A DNA stretch of 64,000 nt. Origin: Alphaproteobacteria bacterium (GTDB lineage Bacteria; Pseudomonadota; Alphaproteobacteria; Puniceispirillales; Puniceispirillaceae). The stretch spans positions 3,487 to 67,486 of the forward strand of contig JADHLH010000001.1 in NCBI GenBank assembly GCA_016780765.1, written 5' to 3'. Numbering within the stretch: the first letter of the stretch is position 1; each line of letters opens with the position of its first letter. Below the pieces are notes generated by a model. It did no database searches, was not told where the DNA came from, and was given only the letters and a program-made list of their open reading frames with translations. Below are positions 1 through 13,217 of the stretch, piece after piece. The position numbers and the translations under genes are program-made.

Positions 1-1
1 C

Positions 2-247
2 GCCTACGGGTCGGGCATTGATGGCAAGAAGGAAGTCATTGCCCTGACCAAGATCGACGCGGCCCCTGATGGTTATGCCGAGGATGTGCGCGACGCACTG
101 ATCAAGGAGGGGGCCGATGATATCATGACGATGTCGGCTGTCAGCGGCGAGAATGTAAAGTTTGTCCTGCGCCGCCTGCTGGCCGTGATCGATGCAGAAC
201 GTATCGCCGATGCGCCTGTCGAGGACCCTGTGCCATGGTCGCCCTGA
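2..247 (+). CDS. obgE: GTPase ObgE/CgtA, C-terminal part (5' end outside window)
   Basis: Manual translation AYGSGIDGKKEVIALTKID...MSAVSGENV...PWSP* shows G4 (TKID) and G5 (SAV) motifs; it precedes proB, the conserved obgE-proB order in alphaproteobacteria. Confidence 0.88.
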   Translation, partial: AYGSGIDGKKEVIALTKIDAAPDGYAEDVRDALIKEGADDIMTMSAVSGENVKFVLRRLLAVIDAERIADAPVEDPVPWSP

Positions 248-1380
248 CTCCTGCCGCATCTGTCATTGAGGCTGCCAGAACAATTGTCATCAAGATCGGC
301 TCGTCGATTCTGGTTGATGAGACCCATCACGCAGTCAATGCTGACTGGCTGACCGGCATCGCCGAGGATATCGCAGCCCTGCAACGCGACGGCAAGAATG
401 TGGTCGTGGTGTCCAGCGGTGCGATTGCCCTTGGCCGTCACGTTCTGGGCATTGACGGGCGCGTTCTGGCGCTGGAGGAAAAACAGGCTGCCGCAGCCAC
501 CGGACAGGTGGTGCTGGCCCATGCCTGGAGTGCGGCGCTTGCCGCGCATGACATTCGGGCAGCCCAGATTCTGCTGTCACCCGACGATACCGAAACACGT
601 CGCCGTCATCTGAATGCGCGCGCCACCATGTCGACGCTGATCACACTTGGCGCGGTGCCAGTGGTGAATGAGAATGACACGGTGGCGACTGCTGAAATTC
701 GCTTTGGTGACAATGACCGTCTTGCCGCGCGTGTTGCCGCGATGATCAGCGCGGATCTGCTGATTCTGCTGTCTGATGTTGACGGGCTCTATTCGGCAAA
801 CCCGCGCAAGACTGGCGATGCCACGCATATTGCCGAGGTGACAGCGCTGTCTGATGATATCGTGAACATGGCCGGCACTGCAAACGCGGACTATGCCTCA
901 GGCGGCATGGTAACCAAGCTTGAGGCGGCCCGCATTGCGATGGCAGCCGGGTGCGGCATGATCATCTGTGACGGGCGTGTCCCGCAGCCCGTATCACGCC
1001 TCGCCGAAGGTGGCCGTCACACGATGTTCCGGCCAGAGGACAGCCCGCTGACAGCGCGCAAGCGGTGGATTGGCGGTGCCTTGACCCCAAAAGGTGTGCT
1101 GCGTGTTGACAGCGGTGCTGAAACGGCCCTTCGCAAGGGCCGCTCGCTTTTGCCCGCCGGAGTAACCGCAGCGCGCGGACAGTTTGATCGGGGCGATCTG
1201 ATTGCCGTGGAAAATGCGTCTGGACAGGTCATTGCCAATGGCCTGTCTGCCTACTCGCTTGCCGATACGCAGATCATCCTCGGACATAAAAGCCGTGAAA
1301 TTGAGAGCTTGCTGGGATATCGTGGAAGAGATGAACTGATTCATGCTGATGATCTTGTGATTTTTGATGCGAATGGCTGA
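235..1380 (+). CDS. proB: Glutamate 5-kinase with C-terminal PUA domain
   Basis: IVIKIGSS, VSSGAI, NENDTV, FGDNDRLAA and GGMVTKLEAA motifs; adjacent to proA. Confidence 0.97.
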   Translation: MVALTPAASVIEAARTIVIKIGSSILVDETHHAVNADWLTGIAEDIAALQRDGKNVVVVSSGAIALGRHVLGIDGRVLALEEKQAAAATGQVVLAHAWSAALAAHDIRAAQILLSPDDTETRRRHLNARATMSTLITLGAVPVVNENDTVATAEIRFGDNDRLAARVAAMISADLLILLSDVDGLYSANPRKTGDATHIAEVTALSDDIVNMAGTANADYASGGMVTKLEAARIAMAAGCGMIICDGRVPQPVSRLAEGGRHTMFRPEDSPLTARKRWIGGALTPKGVLRVDSGAETALRKGRSLLPAGVTAARGQFDRGDLIAVENASGQVIANGLSAYSLADTQIILGHKSREIESLLGYRGRDELIHADDLVIFDANG

Positions 1381-1453
1381 CAGATGTTGCATCGCCCGCT
1401 GACCTAATACACACGCAAACCAGACCAGACCACAACAGACCAGACAGCCGATC

Positions 1454-2740
1454 ATGACACCGAACGAACAGACAATTGTCACCGACCACAGCCAGCTGAT
1501 TTCTGATCTGGTGGTGACGGCGCGTGCGGCGCAATCTGTGCTGGCGCAGTCATCGCATGAGGCACGCGCGTCTGCGCTGCAACATGCTGCCACGCTGATT
1601 CGCGCGCATGCTGACGAGATCATGGCCCACAACTGCACCGATCTTGACCGGGCTGAAAAGGCCGGGATGGCAAGTTCCTTTGTCGACAGGCTGACCCTGA
1701 ATGAGAGCCGGATAGAGGCAATGGCAGCCGGCCTTGAGGATATCCTTGCACTGGATGACCCGCTGGGCCGGGAGCTGGCGCGCTGGCAGCGGCCAAATGG
1801 GCTGGATATCACGCGCGTGTCTACGCCGCTTGGCGTGATTGGTGTGATCTATGAATCGCGCCCGAACGTTACCGTTGATGCAGCTGGCCTGTGCCTTGTG
1901 TCCGGCAATGCGGTGATACTGCGCGGGGGATCGGACAGCAGTGCAAGTTCGGCCTTTCTTGCCAGGCTGATGGCTGAGGGTCTTGAAGCAGCAGGTCTGC
2001 CGGGTGGCGGCGTGCAGATGGTGCCAACCACCGACCGGGCTGCTGTTGGCGCGATGCTGGCAGCAAACGGCGAAATCGACGTGATTATCCCGCGCGGTGG
2101 CAGATCGCTGGTTGAGCGTGTGCAAACCGAGGCGCGCGTGCCTGTATTCGCGCATCTGGAGGGCATCTGCCATCTGTTTATCGATGCTGCCGCAGACAGC
2201 GCAAAATCTGTAGAGATCGCGGTGAATGCCAAAATGCGGCGGACCGGGATCTGCGGGGCAGCGGAAACCATACTGGTCGACAGTGCCGTGGCCGGCGACA
2301 TGGTGCCAGCTATTGCCAGCGCGCTGATTCGCGCAGGATGTGCGATTCGCGGCGATGAACATGTATGCGGTCTTGTTGACGATGCTACGGCCGCCACCGA
2401 GGCAGACTGGTCAACCGAATATCTGGACAGCATTATCTCGATGAAGGTGGTTGACGGGGCCGAGGCAGCCATCAGCCATATCGCGCATTACAGTTCTGGC
2501 CATACCGATTGCATCATTACTGAAGATAAGGCCACAGCCGAGGCCTTTCTGGCTTGTGTTGACAGCGCCATTGTCATGGTCAATGCATCAACCCAGTTTG
2601 CCGATGGTGGCGAATTCGGCATGGGGGCTGAAATCGGCATCGCCACTGGCCGCATGCATGCGCGTGGACCGGTTGGCGCCGCACAATTGACCAGTTTCAA
2701 ATATATCGTTCGGGGCAATGGCCAGATCAGACCTGCCTGA
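1454..2740 (+). CDS. proA: Gamma-glutamyl phosphate reductase
   Basis: [44 protein letters not shown] and HARGPVG motifs. Confidence 0.97.
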   Translation: MTPNEQTIVTDHSQLISDLVVTARAAQSVLAQSSHEARASALQHAATLIRAHADEIMAHNCTDLDRAEKAGMASSFVDRLTLNESRIEAMAAGLEDILALDDPLGRELARWQRPNGLDITRVSTPLGVIGVIYESRPNVTVDAAGLCLVSGNAVILRGGSDSSASSAFLARLMAEGLEAAGLPGGGVQMVPTTDRAAVGAMLAANGEIDVIIPRGGRSLVERVQTEARVPVFAHLEGICHLFIDAAADSAKSVEIAVNAKMRRTGICGAAETILVDSAVAGDMVPAIASALIRAGCAIRGDEHVCGLVDDATAATEADWSTEYLDSIISMKVVDGAEAAISHIAHYSSGHTDCIITEDKATAEAFLACVDSAIVMVNASTQFADGGEFGMGAEIGIATGRMHARGPVGAAQLTSFKYIVRGNGQIRPA

Positions 2741-3404
2741 TACCGCTGCTGCCCGCCGTCACCAGCATACGCGCCTGTTCCATGACCGTGGCCGCATGCG
2801 GATCGGGCTGCTGGGCGGATCGTTCAATCCGGCGCATGAAGGCCATCTTCATATCACGCATCTGGCCCGCCGCGCCCTTGGGCTGGATCAGGTCTGGTGG
2901 ATGGTCAGCCCGCAAAACCCCCTGAAAACATCACGCGATATGGCGCCGCTTGATATGCGGCTGATGCAGGCACGTCAGATGACTGCCGGCATCCCCTGGA
3001 TCAGGGTGTTTGCCCCGGAAGCCGGATTTCGCACGAATCTGACGCATGCCACATTGCGTATCCTGCGCCAGCGGTGCCCCAGACACCGGTTCTGCTGGCT
3101 GATGGGTGCTGATAATCTGCAGGGATTCGGGCGCTGGCAGCACCATGACATTATCGCGCAGACTGTACCCATTGCGGTACTGGACCGTCCGGGGTATTCT
3201 TATAAAGCGATAAACGCAGGACGACGCTTGCTGAAAGGCAGACAACCCGCCGCCAGATTTCGAATGATGGCACTGGGGGCACACAGCAAACCTCCTGTCT
3301 GGTGCTTTATCGCTGGGCGTCGGCACCATGCGTCGGCAACAGCTCTGCGGCAGGCCGGACAGGACCCGGCAACACAGGGCGCATTTGTGGAGAGTCACAA
3401 TTAG
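2718..3404 (+). CDS. nadD: Nicotinate-nucleotide adenylyltransferase
   Basis: [11 protein letters not shown] (HxGH), VSPQNPLK and WLMGADNL motifs; proA-nadD-rsfS synteny. Start uncertain. Confidence 0.93.
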   Translation: MARSDLPDTAAARRHQHTRLFHDRGRMRIGLLGGSFNPAHEGHLHITHLARRALGLDQVWWMVSPQNPLKTSRDMAPLDMRLMQARQMTAGIPWIRVFAPEAGFRTNLTHATLRILRQRCPRHRFCWLMGADNLQGFGRWQHHDIIAQTVPIAVLDRPGYSYKAINAGRRLLKGRQPAARFRMMALGAHSKPPVWCFIAGRRHHASATALRQAGQDPATQGAFVESHN

Positions 3405-3408
3405 CAAA

Positions 3409-3774
3409 ATGCAATCGCATTTGGATCCTGACCAGATCCTCGAATTGGTCACCTCTTCTCTGGACATGGACAAGGCCGAAGACGTCACCACCATCCCGTT
3501 GCGTGGCAAGTCGTCAATGGCTGATTACATGGTCGTTGCCAGTGGTACATCGTCACGCCAGGTGGCTGCCATGGCCGAGAATCTGGAATTCCGGCTGAAG
3601 ACAGCCAGTGCCGAGATTCTGGGGCTTGAAGGGGTTCGCCAGGCAGACTGGGTGCTGATCGACGCGAATGATGTCATCATCCACCTGTTCCGCCCTGAAG
3701 TAAGAGAATTCTATGGTCTGGAGCGAATGTGGACCAATGAGCGCGTTGAAGAGGTCGTAACGGTCAGCGGCTGA
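3409..3774 (+). CDS. rsfS: Ribosome silencing factor RsfS (Iojap)
   Basis: DKAED, ADYMVVASGTSSRQV and WVLIDANDVIIHLFRPEVREFYGLERMW motifs; ATG at 3409 follows the nadD stop. Confidence 0.95.
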   Translation: MQSHLDPDQILELVTSSLDMDKAEDVTTIPLRGKSSMADYMVVASGTSSRQVAAMAENLEFRLKTASAEILGLEGVRQADWVLIDANDVIIHLFRPEVREFYGLERMWTNERVEEVVTVSG

Positions 3775-3984
3775 TTGCAGCTGACCCGCAAACTCTCGGT
3801 CTGTAGACTATGGCGATCACATTGAGATGCCATATTCCGTCTGCTGGCGCCGAATCCCTGCTGCCGACCAATGGCCCTGTTAACCTTTTCATAGGCATCT
3901 GTCTGCGCTGGCATGCCCTCGGACCGGCTGCCACACAGCAGATATCCAGCACCTTCATCCGTATGTTCAGGGGGAGCCCATAGT

Positions 3985-4443
3985 ATGAAGCTGGTCATTC
4001 TGGCAGTTGGCAAAGGCCGGTCAGCGCCCGAAGCAATGCTGGCAGACAGCTGGATGTCGCGCATCCATTCGGGTGGCGAGATCATCGAAGTGGACTCAAA
4101 ATTGCCGACTGGGCCGGATCGGCAACGCGATGAAAGCGCCCGTTTATTGCGCCATATCGATGCTGGGATTCCGCTTGCAGCCTGCGATCCACGCGGACGT
4201 AACACATCGTCCGAGGCGTTGGCCGCACTGATCGTCGATTGGCGGGACGCCGGGCATCATTCTGCCTTTTTTGCCATTGGCGGTGCTGACGGTCATGCCG
4301 CCGCGCTGACGGACCGGGCCGACCGGATGATCAGTTTTGGCAGCGCCACATGGCCGCATATGCTGTTCCGCGCGATGCTGGCAGAACAGCTGTACCGCGC
4401 CACCACAATCCTAGCCGGACACCCTTATCACCGCAGCGGATAA
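3985..4443 (+). CDS. rlmH: 23S rRNA pseudouridine-1915 N3-methyltransferase
   Basis: MKLVILAVGK start, FAIGGADG and TWPHMLFRAMLAEQLYRA...GHPYHR SPOUT motifs; GGGGGAG upstream. Confidence 0.95.
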   Translation: MKLVILAVGKGRSAPEAMLADSWMSRIHSGGEIIEVDSKLPTGPDRQRDESARLLRHIDAGIPLAACDPRGRNTSSEALAALIVDWRDAGHHSAFFAIGGADGHAAALTDRADRMISFGSATWPHMLFRAMLAEQLYRATTILAGHPYHRSG

Positions 4444-4482
4444 GGCACTGTACTCACTCGCAGGCCAGCAGTATAAAACGGT

Positions 4483-6048
4483 ATGTCATCACGCCCTTCC
4501 CACACAAGCCGCGCCAACGGACCCGTCGTGCTGTGCATCATGGATGGCTGGGGCCACCGTGAAGAGACAGCCCATAATGCCGTTGCGCTTGCCGCAACAC
4601 CGGCTGTCGACGCACTGGCAGAACGCTGGCCAGCCAGTTTGCTGGCGGCTTCCGGCGCAGATGTCGGCCTGCCTGACGGACAGGTCGGCAATTCCGAAGT
4701 TGGCCATATGAATATCGGGGCTGGCCGGATCGTCATGCAGGATTTGCCGCGCCTGAATGCGGCCTGCAAAGATGGCAGTCTGGCCGCACATGCCGACTTG
4801 CAGGCGATTGCCAAAAAAACCGCGGCGCGCGGCGCGCGCATCCATGTAATGGGGCTGTTGTCACCTGGCGGGGTGCATGCCCATACCGATCACTTTCACG
4901 CTGTTGTTGAGGGCCTTGTCGCAGCAGGCGGCGAGGTCATCATTCACGGCTTTACTGACGGACGCGATGTTCTGCCGACAGCGGCGGCGCAACATGTCCC
5001 CGCCTTTCTTGAAGCGCTGCCCCGGGGCGTGCGTTTTGGCACGCTGACGGGCCGTTATTTCGCAATGGACCGGGACAATCGCTGGCAGCGGACAGGCGCT
5101 GCCTTCAACGCTATTGCGCATGCGGTTGCCGAGGCACCGGTAATGGACGGTCCGTTTGATGTGGTGCGCGAATCTCATGCCCGCGGCATCACTGATGAAT
5201 TTATCACCCCGCATGTGCTGGCCGGATATGACGGAATGCGCGACGGTGATGCCATCGTCATGATCAATTTCCGCGCTGACCGGGTGCGCCAGTTGCTGGG
5301 GTGCTGGTTGATGACAGAGGATTCAGGTATCGACAAAGGCCTTTCTGTCCCGCAGCTGACCGCCGTGATTGGCATGACATCCTATTCCAATTCGCTGGCC
5401 GCCCGCATGACGACGCTGTTCACCCCGACCACCTTGCATCAAACGCTGGGTGAGGTTGTGGCCGCCGCTGGCCGGCGTCAGCTGCGTCTTGCCGAGACTG
5501 AAAAATATCCACATGTCACCTTTTTCCTGAATGGGGGCGTCGAGGATGCGCGCAGCGGCGAATCGCGCGCGCTTGTGCCATCACCGCAGGTGGCAACCTA
5601 TGATCTGCAACCCGAGATGAGCGCTGAAGGCGTGCTGGATGCCGCGCTGGACAGTCTGCACACCGAATCGCATGACCTGATCATCATGAATTTCGCCAAT
5701 CCCGACATGGTTGGCCATACAGGCAGTCTGGAGGCGGCCATGCAGGCTGTCTCTGTCGTTGATGACTGTGTCGGGCGTCTGGCCACAGCCGTGCTGGAAG
5801 CGGGCGGGCAGATGTTGCTGACGGCTGATCACGGCAATTGCGAGGTGATGTGGGATGATGACTACAAATCGCCACATACCGCTCATACAACCAATCTGGT
5901 GCCCTGCATTCATATCGGGGCGCATAAGGATATGCATATTGCCAATGGCAGGCTGGCGGATCTTGCCCCCAGTCTTCTGGCCATGCTGGGCATTGAACAA
6001 CCCACCGCAATGACCGGCACACCCCTGCAACGCAGCAACAGGCCCTGA
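4483..6048 (+). CDS. gpmI: 2,3-bisphosphoglycerate-independent phosphoglycerate mutase
   Basis: LCIMDGWG, GNSEVGH, AETEKYPHVTFF, NPDMVGHTG and TADHGN motifs. Confidence 0.97.
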   Translation: MSSRPSHTSRANGPVVLCIMDGWGHREETAHNAVALAATPAVDALAERWPASLLAASGADVGLPDGQVGNSEVGHMNIGAGRIVMQDLPRLNAACKDGSLAAHADLQAIAKKTAARGARIHVMGLLSPGGVHAHTDHFHAVVEGLVAAGGEVIIHGFTDGRDVLPTAAAQHVPAFLEALPRGVRFGTLTGRYFAMDRDNRWQRTGAAFNAIAHAVAEAPVMDGPFDVVRESHARGITDEFITPHVLAGYDGMRDGDAIVMINFRADRVRQLLGCWLMTEDSGIDKGLSVPQLTAVIGMTSYSNSLAARMTTLFTPTTLHQTLGEVVAAAGRRQLRLAETEKYPHVTFFLNGGVEDARSGESRALVPSPQVATYDLQPEMSAEGVLDAALDSLHTESHDLIIMNFANPDMVGHTGSLEAAMQAVSVVDDCVGRLATAVLEAGGQMLLTADHGNCEVMWDDDYKSPHTAHTTNLVPCIHIGAHKDMHIANGRLADLAPSLLAMLGIEQPTAMTGTPLQRSNRP

Positions 6049-6175
6049 AAGAACGACAAAATCCATTAACGTCACAGACATTGGCACCGCAACTGCAGCT
6101 TCGCAAACATTGCAATAAGCTGTTAGCGCATTACATTATCGATACCTCCAGACACCGCGCAGGATTGGATATCAC

Positions 6176-7579
6176 ATGGGATATATGGTTAGTTTTGGCC
6201 GCATTCGGCTTTGGCAGGTGACACTGTTTTGCACGGTGGTGTTTGCCGCCGGGCTGGTAATCCCGACACTGACGACCGCGCAAAGCTCTTCCAAGGAAGA
6301 CACCTACCGCCAGCTTGGCCTGTTTGGTGATATCTTCCAGCGCGTCCGCGAAAGCTACGTTGACGAGGTTGAAGACAGTGAACTGATCGAGGCGGCCATC
6401 ACCGGCATGCTGACATCACTGGACCCGCATTCATCATTCCTGAACACCGAGAATTTCTCGGACATGAAGGAACAGACAAAGGGACGCTTTGGTGGCCTTG
6501 GTGTTGAAATCACCATGGAACAGGGCATGGTGAAAGTGGTATCGCCAATTGACGATACGCCCGCTGCCCGCGCCGGCCTTCAGCCAGAGGATTTTCTGAT
6601 TGCCGTGGATGAGGAATCGATCATCGGCATGCAGCTATCCGAGGCGGTTGACAGGCTACGCGGAAAAGTCGGATCAAAGGTCAAGATCAAGGTCCAGCGC
6701 GGCCAGACCGAGCCGTTCGACGTGACCATTGTGCGCGACTTCATCAAAATCAGATCGGTGCGGTCGGAAATCTTCGATGGCATCGGCTATGTGCGTATCA
6801 CCACCTTTTCCGAGCAGACCACACCCGGCCTGATGGAAGCGGTTGATGGCTTCTTCAAGACCGAAGGCGATTCGCTGAAAGGCATCGTGCTTGATCTTCG
6901 CAACAATCCTGGCGGCTTGCTGACCGAGGCTGTATCCGTCAGCGATGCGTTCCTGGAAGAGGGCGAGATTGTCTCGACGCGCGGACGCCATTCCGGTGAC
7001 GGGTCGCATATCTATGCCAAGCCGGGTGATATCGCGCGCGGGCTGCCTATGGTCGTCCTGATCAACTCGGGTTCCGCCTCGGCATCCGAGATTGTGGCTG
7101 GCGCACTGAAAGATCATGGCCGTGCGATCATTCTGGGAACCCGCTCGTTCGGCAAGGGGTCGGTACAGTCGGTTATCCCGATTTCCAACAGCTCCGCCAT
7201 TCGCCTTACCACAGCGCGCTATTACACCCCGTCCGGCATTTCGATTCAGGCGCGCGGCATCATGCCGGATATTGAGGTGGAACTTGCCAGAATTGAAGCT
7301 GTTGAAGGCGGTATCGTGCGTGAGGAAGACCTGCGCGGCGCCCTTGATGGCAGCGAGGAAGATGATAGCACTGTATCAGACGATAACGCAGGCAACACCA
7401 CCAAGGATGATGATGGCGCTGACAGCGATGGAGGTGCCGAGACTTCGGGGGATGCAGAAGCGGGCGATGCCGATGCGGACCGCGCGTTCAATCAGGCAGA
7501 AATCGACTATCAGCTGGCCCGGGCGCTCGATCTTATTCGCGGCGTGGCGATATTCGGTCGCATAAAGCCTGCATCATGA
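6176..7579 (+). CDS. ctpA: Carboxyl-terminal processing protease (S41, PDZ) with acidic C-terminal insertion
   Basis: N-terminal hydrophobic signal, LDPHS, PDZ (FGGLGVEI), DLRNNPGGLL, SASASEIVAGAL and FGKGSVQ motifs. Confidence 0.93.
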   Translation: MGYMVSFGRIRLWQVTLFCTVVFAAGLVIPTLTTAQSSSKEDTYRQLGLFGDIFQRVRESYVDEVEDSELIEAAITGMLTSLDPHSSFLNTENFSDMKEQTKGRFGGLGVEITMEQGMVKVVSPIDDTPAARAGLQPEDFLIAVDEESIIGMQLSEAVDRLRGKVGSKVKIKVQRGQTEPFDVTIVRDFIKIRSVRSEIFDGIGYVRITTFSEQTTPGLMEAVDGFFKTEGDSLKGIVLDLRNNPGGLLTEAVSVSDAFLEEGEIVSTRGRHSGDGSHIYAKPGDIARGLPMVVLINSGSASASEIVAGALKDHGRAIILGTRSFGKGSVQSVIPISNSSAIRLTTARYYTPSGISIQARGIMPDIEVELARIEAVEGGIVREEDLRGALDGSEEDDSTVSDDNAGNTTKDDDGADSDGGAETSGDAEAGDADADRAFNQAEIDYQLARALDLIRGVAIFGRIKPAS

Positions 7580-8064
7580 CCGCACCGAACATTCCTTATG
7601 ATGAACGGCCATACCGGCCATGCGTTGGTATTTTCCTGCTGAATGCCGACAATCTGGTATTTGCTGGTCAGCGGCTGGATAATCGCGCCGAAGCGTGGCA
7701 GATGCCGCAGGGCGGTATCGATCATGGTGAAAGTGTACATGACGCCTGCCTGCGTGAAATGCTGGAAGAGATTGGCACCAACACTGCCACTGTCCTGAAA
7801 GAGCATGAGGACTGGCTGCATTACGATATTCCGCAGCCGCTGGCCGACCGGCTGTGGCACGGGCAATATCGCGGTCAACGCCAGAAATGGGTCGCGCTGC
7901 GTTTTGATGGTGATGACAGCCAGATCAATATCGATACTGACGAGCCAGAATTCGGTGCATGGAAGTGGGTCGCGCCAGCACAGCTGATCGATATGGCCGT
8001 ACCCTTCAAGCGCGATGTCTATCGCGAGGTGATGACAAGCTTTGAATCGCTGATCACCAGCTGA
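7576..8064 (+). CDS. rppH: RNA pyrophosphohydrolase (Nudix)
   Basis: YRPCVGI, WQMPQGGID and the Nudix box REMLEEIG; ATGA overlap with ctpA. Confidence 0.95.
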   Translation: MTAPNIPYDERPYRPCVGIFLLNADNLVFAGQRLDNRAEAWQMPQGGIDHGESVHDACLREMLEEIGTNTATVLKEHEDWLHYDIPQPLADRLWHGQYRGQRQKWVALRFDGDDSQINIDTDEPEFGAWKWVAPAQLIDMAVPFKRDVYREVMTSFESLITS

Positions 8065-8086
8065 CCTGTCTGCCAATCAATTCCCC

Positions 8087-8127
8087 AAAAAACAAAACGC
8101 CCTGCACTAAGCCGGGCATCTTTGTTT
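8087..8127. terminator. Possible bidirectional terminator between convergent rppH and atpC
   Basis: Imperfect inverted repeat AAACAAA..GCCC / GGGC..TTTGTTT with A/T-rich flanks. Confidence 0.4.
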
Positions 8128-8178
8128 CATAACCGGCTTTTATGCCGGCGAAACGGGGTTTTCAAAGCCGTCTGTTGC

Positions 8179-8535
8179 CTATTGAAGTGCCGCAATCACC
8201 GCATTCAGGAAGTCTGCCTCACCGCCTGTGGCAGCCTCGGCACGTGCCTTCAGCGTATCACGATCGGCAGTGGCAAGGTTTTCAGCACGCTCGGTCAGGA
8301 TGGTAACAGATTCGCCCGACACATCAGCCAGACCACCATCGATCATGAACCGGTCGGTGATCTTGCCGTTTTCATGCACCTCAACCACACCCCGAACAAG
8401 GTCGGCCAGCAGCGGCGAATGGCGCGGCATGGCCCCAAAGAGGCCCTCTGCGCCCGGCGCAACAACCATTTCGGCTGCCTTTTGCACCATGATGTTGGCC
8501 GGTGTGACCAGTTCGAGCTGCGTTGTTTCAGCCAT
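8179..8535 (-). CDS. atpC: F1 ATP synthase epsilon subunit (short, 118 aa)
   Basis: LELVTP, PGAEGLFGAMPRHSP and GGLADV motifs; last gene of atpHAGDC. Confidence 0.93.
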   Translation of the reverse strand: MAETTQLELVTPANIMVQKAAEMVVAPGAEGLFGAMPRHSPLLADLVRGVVEVHENGKITDRFMIDGGLADVSGESVTILTERAENLATADRDTLKARAEAATGGEADFLNAVIAALQ

Positions 8536-8565
8536 CAGACTCTACTCCCTGCGACAGGACATCGC

Positions 8566-9993
<1,428 letters not shown>

Positions 9994-10021
9994 CTACTCC
10001 GCGATTAATCCTGTTATCCGG

Positions 10022-10903
10022 TTACACCGCTTCCGCGCCGGAAATGATTTCGATAAGTTCCTTGGTGATCGTTGCCTGACGTGACCGGTTGTAAACCAGT
10101 GTCAGCCTGTCGATCAGATCGCCCGCATTACGGGTTGCATTATCCATGGCAGTCATCCGCGCTGCCAGCTCGGCCGCCGATGATTCAAGCAGCGCACTGT
10201 ACATCTGTGTCGAGATGTTACGCGGCAACACCGCGGCCAGCAGCTCGTCTTCCTCTGGCTCATATTCATACGACACGCCCGCTCCCGCATCATCTTCGCT
10301 CTGGGTGCTGTCTACCTCGGCCGGAATCAGACGACTGAGCGTCACTTCCTGCGAGATTGCCGATTTGAACTTGTTGAAAATCACTGTGACAACGTCAAAC
10401 TCGCCAGATTCAAAGCCGTTACGGACTGTCTCGCCAATTGATGCGGCATCGGCATAGGATACGGCCGTACCCTGAATGCCCTCGAGGCTGTCGATGTAGA
10501 GATCGCCAAGCTCGCGGCGCAGCGCATCAGCTGATTTGCGGCCAACCATCAGCAGCTTTACCGTTTTGCCTTCGCCCTGCAGACGCGCCACCTCTGTACG
10601 GGTCTGGCGGGTGATCGACCCGTTAAAACCGCCGCACAAGCCACGATCCGCTGATACGATGACCAGCAGATGCGTCTTGTCACTGCCGTTACCAATCAGC
10701 AACGCCGGCGCGGCTGACGGGTCGGCCTTCACGGCAAGGCTGTTGACGATCTGTTGCATCCGGTCGGCATAGGGGCGGCCCTTTTCAGCCGATTCCTGAG
10801 CCCGGCGCAGCTTTGCCGCCGCCACCATCTTCATGGCGGAGGTGATTTTCTGCGTCGACTTCACGCTGTTGATGCGTGTTTTCAGATCCTTCAACGATGG
10901 CAT
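10022..10903 (-). CDS. atpG: F1 ATP synthase gamma subunit
   Basis: [24 protein letters not shown] and [16 protein letters not shown] motifs. Confidence 0.99.
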   Translation of the reverse strand: MPSLKDLKTRINSVKSTQKITSAMKMVAAAKLRRAQESAEKGRPYADRMQQIVNSLAVKADPSAAPALLIGNGSDKTHLLVIVSADRGLCGGFNGSITRQTRTEVARLQGEGKTVKLLMVGRKSADALRRELGDLYIDSLEGIQGTAVSYADAASIGETVRNGFESGEFDVVTVIFNKFKSAISQEVTLSRLIPAEVDSTQSEDDAGAGVSYEYEPEEDELLAAVLPRNISTQMYSALLESSAAELAARMTAMDNATRNAGDLIDRLTLVYNRSRQATITKELIEIISGAEAV

Positions 10904-10963
10904 GCATCAGACTCCATTTACCAGCACGAGACTGTTTGCGGGTCGACCGAGTAACCGGCTGAC

Positions 10964-13053
<2,090 letters not shown>

Positions 13054-13217
13054 CGACGTGCCCTCATCAGCAGGAGTTTAAAGACGGAACAAACGAGATG
13101 GCTACGAGGCTGCAACCGACTGTTTGTATCGGTGTGCTGGCTATCATACCCGTGCATGAAAGGCAAGCGCCGAAGGCCGGTAAAATGCCGCGTCAGGCTG
13201 GTGTTTCTCGTGGTGAC

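Noticed and set aside
47-58. ObgE G4 motif TKID instead of NKxD
   Set aside because: TKxD is a known tolerated G4 variant; not informative.
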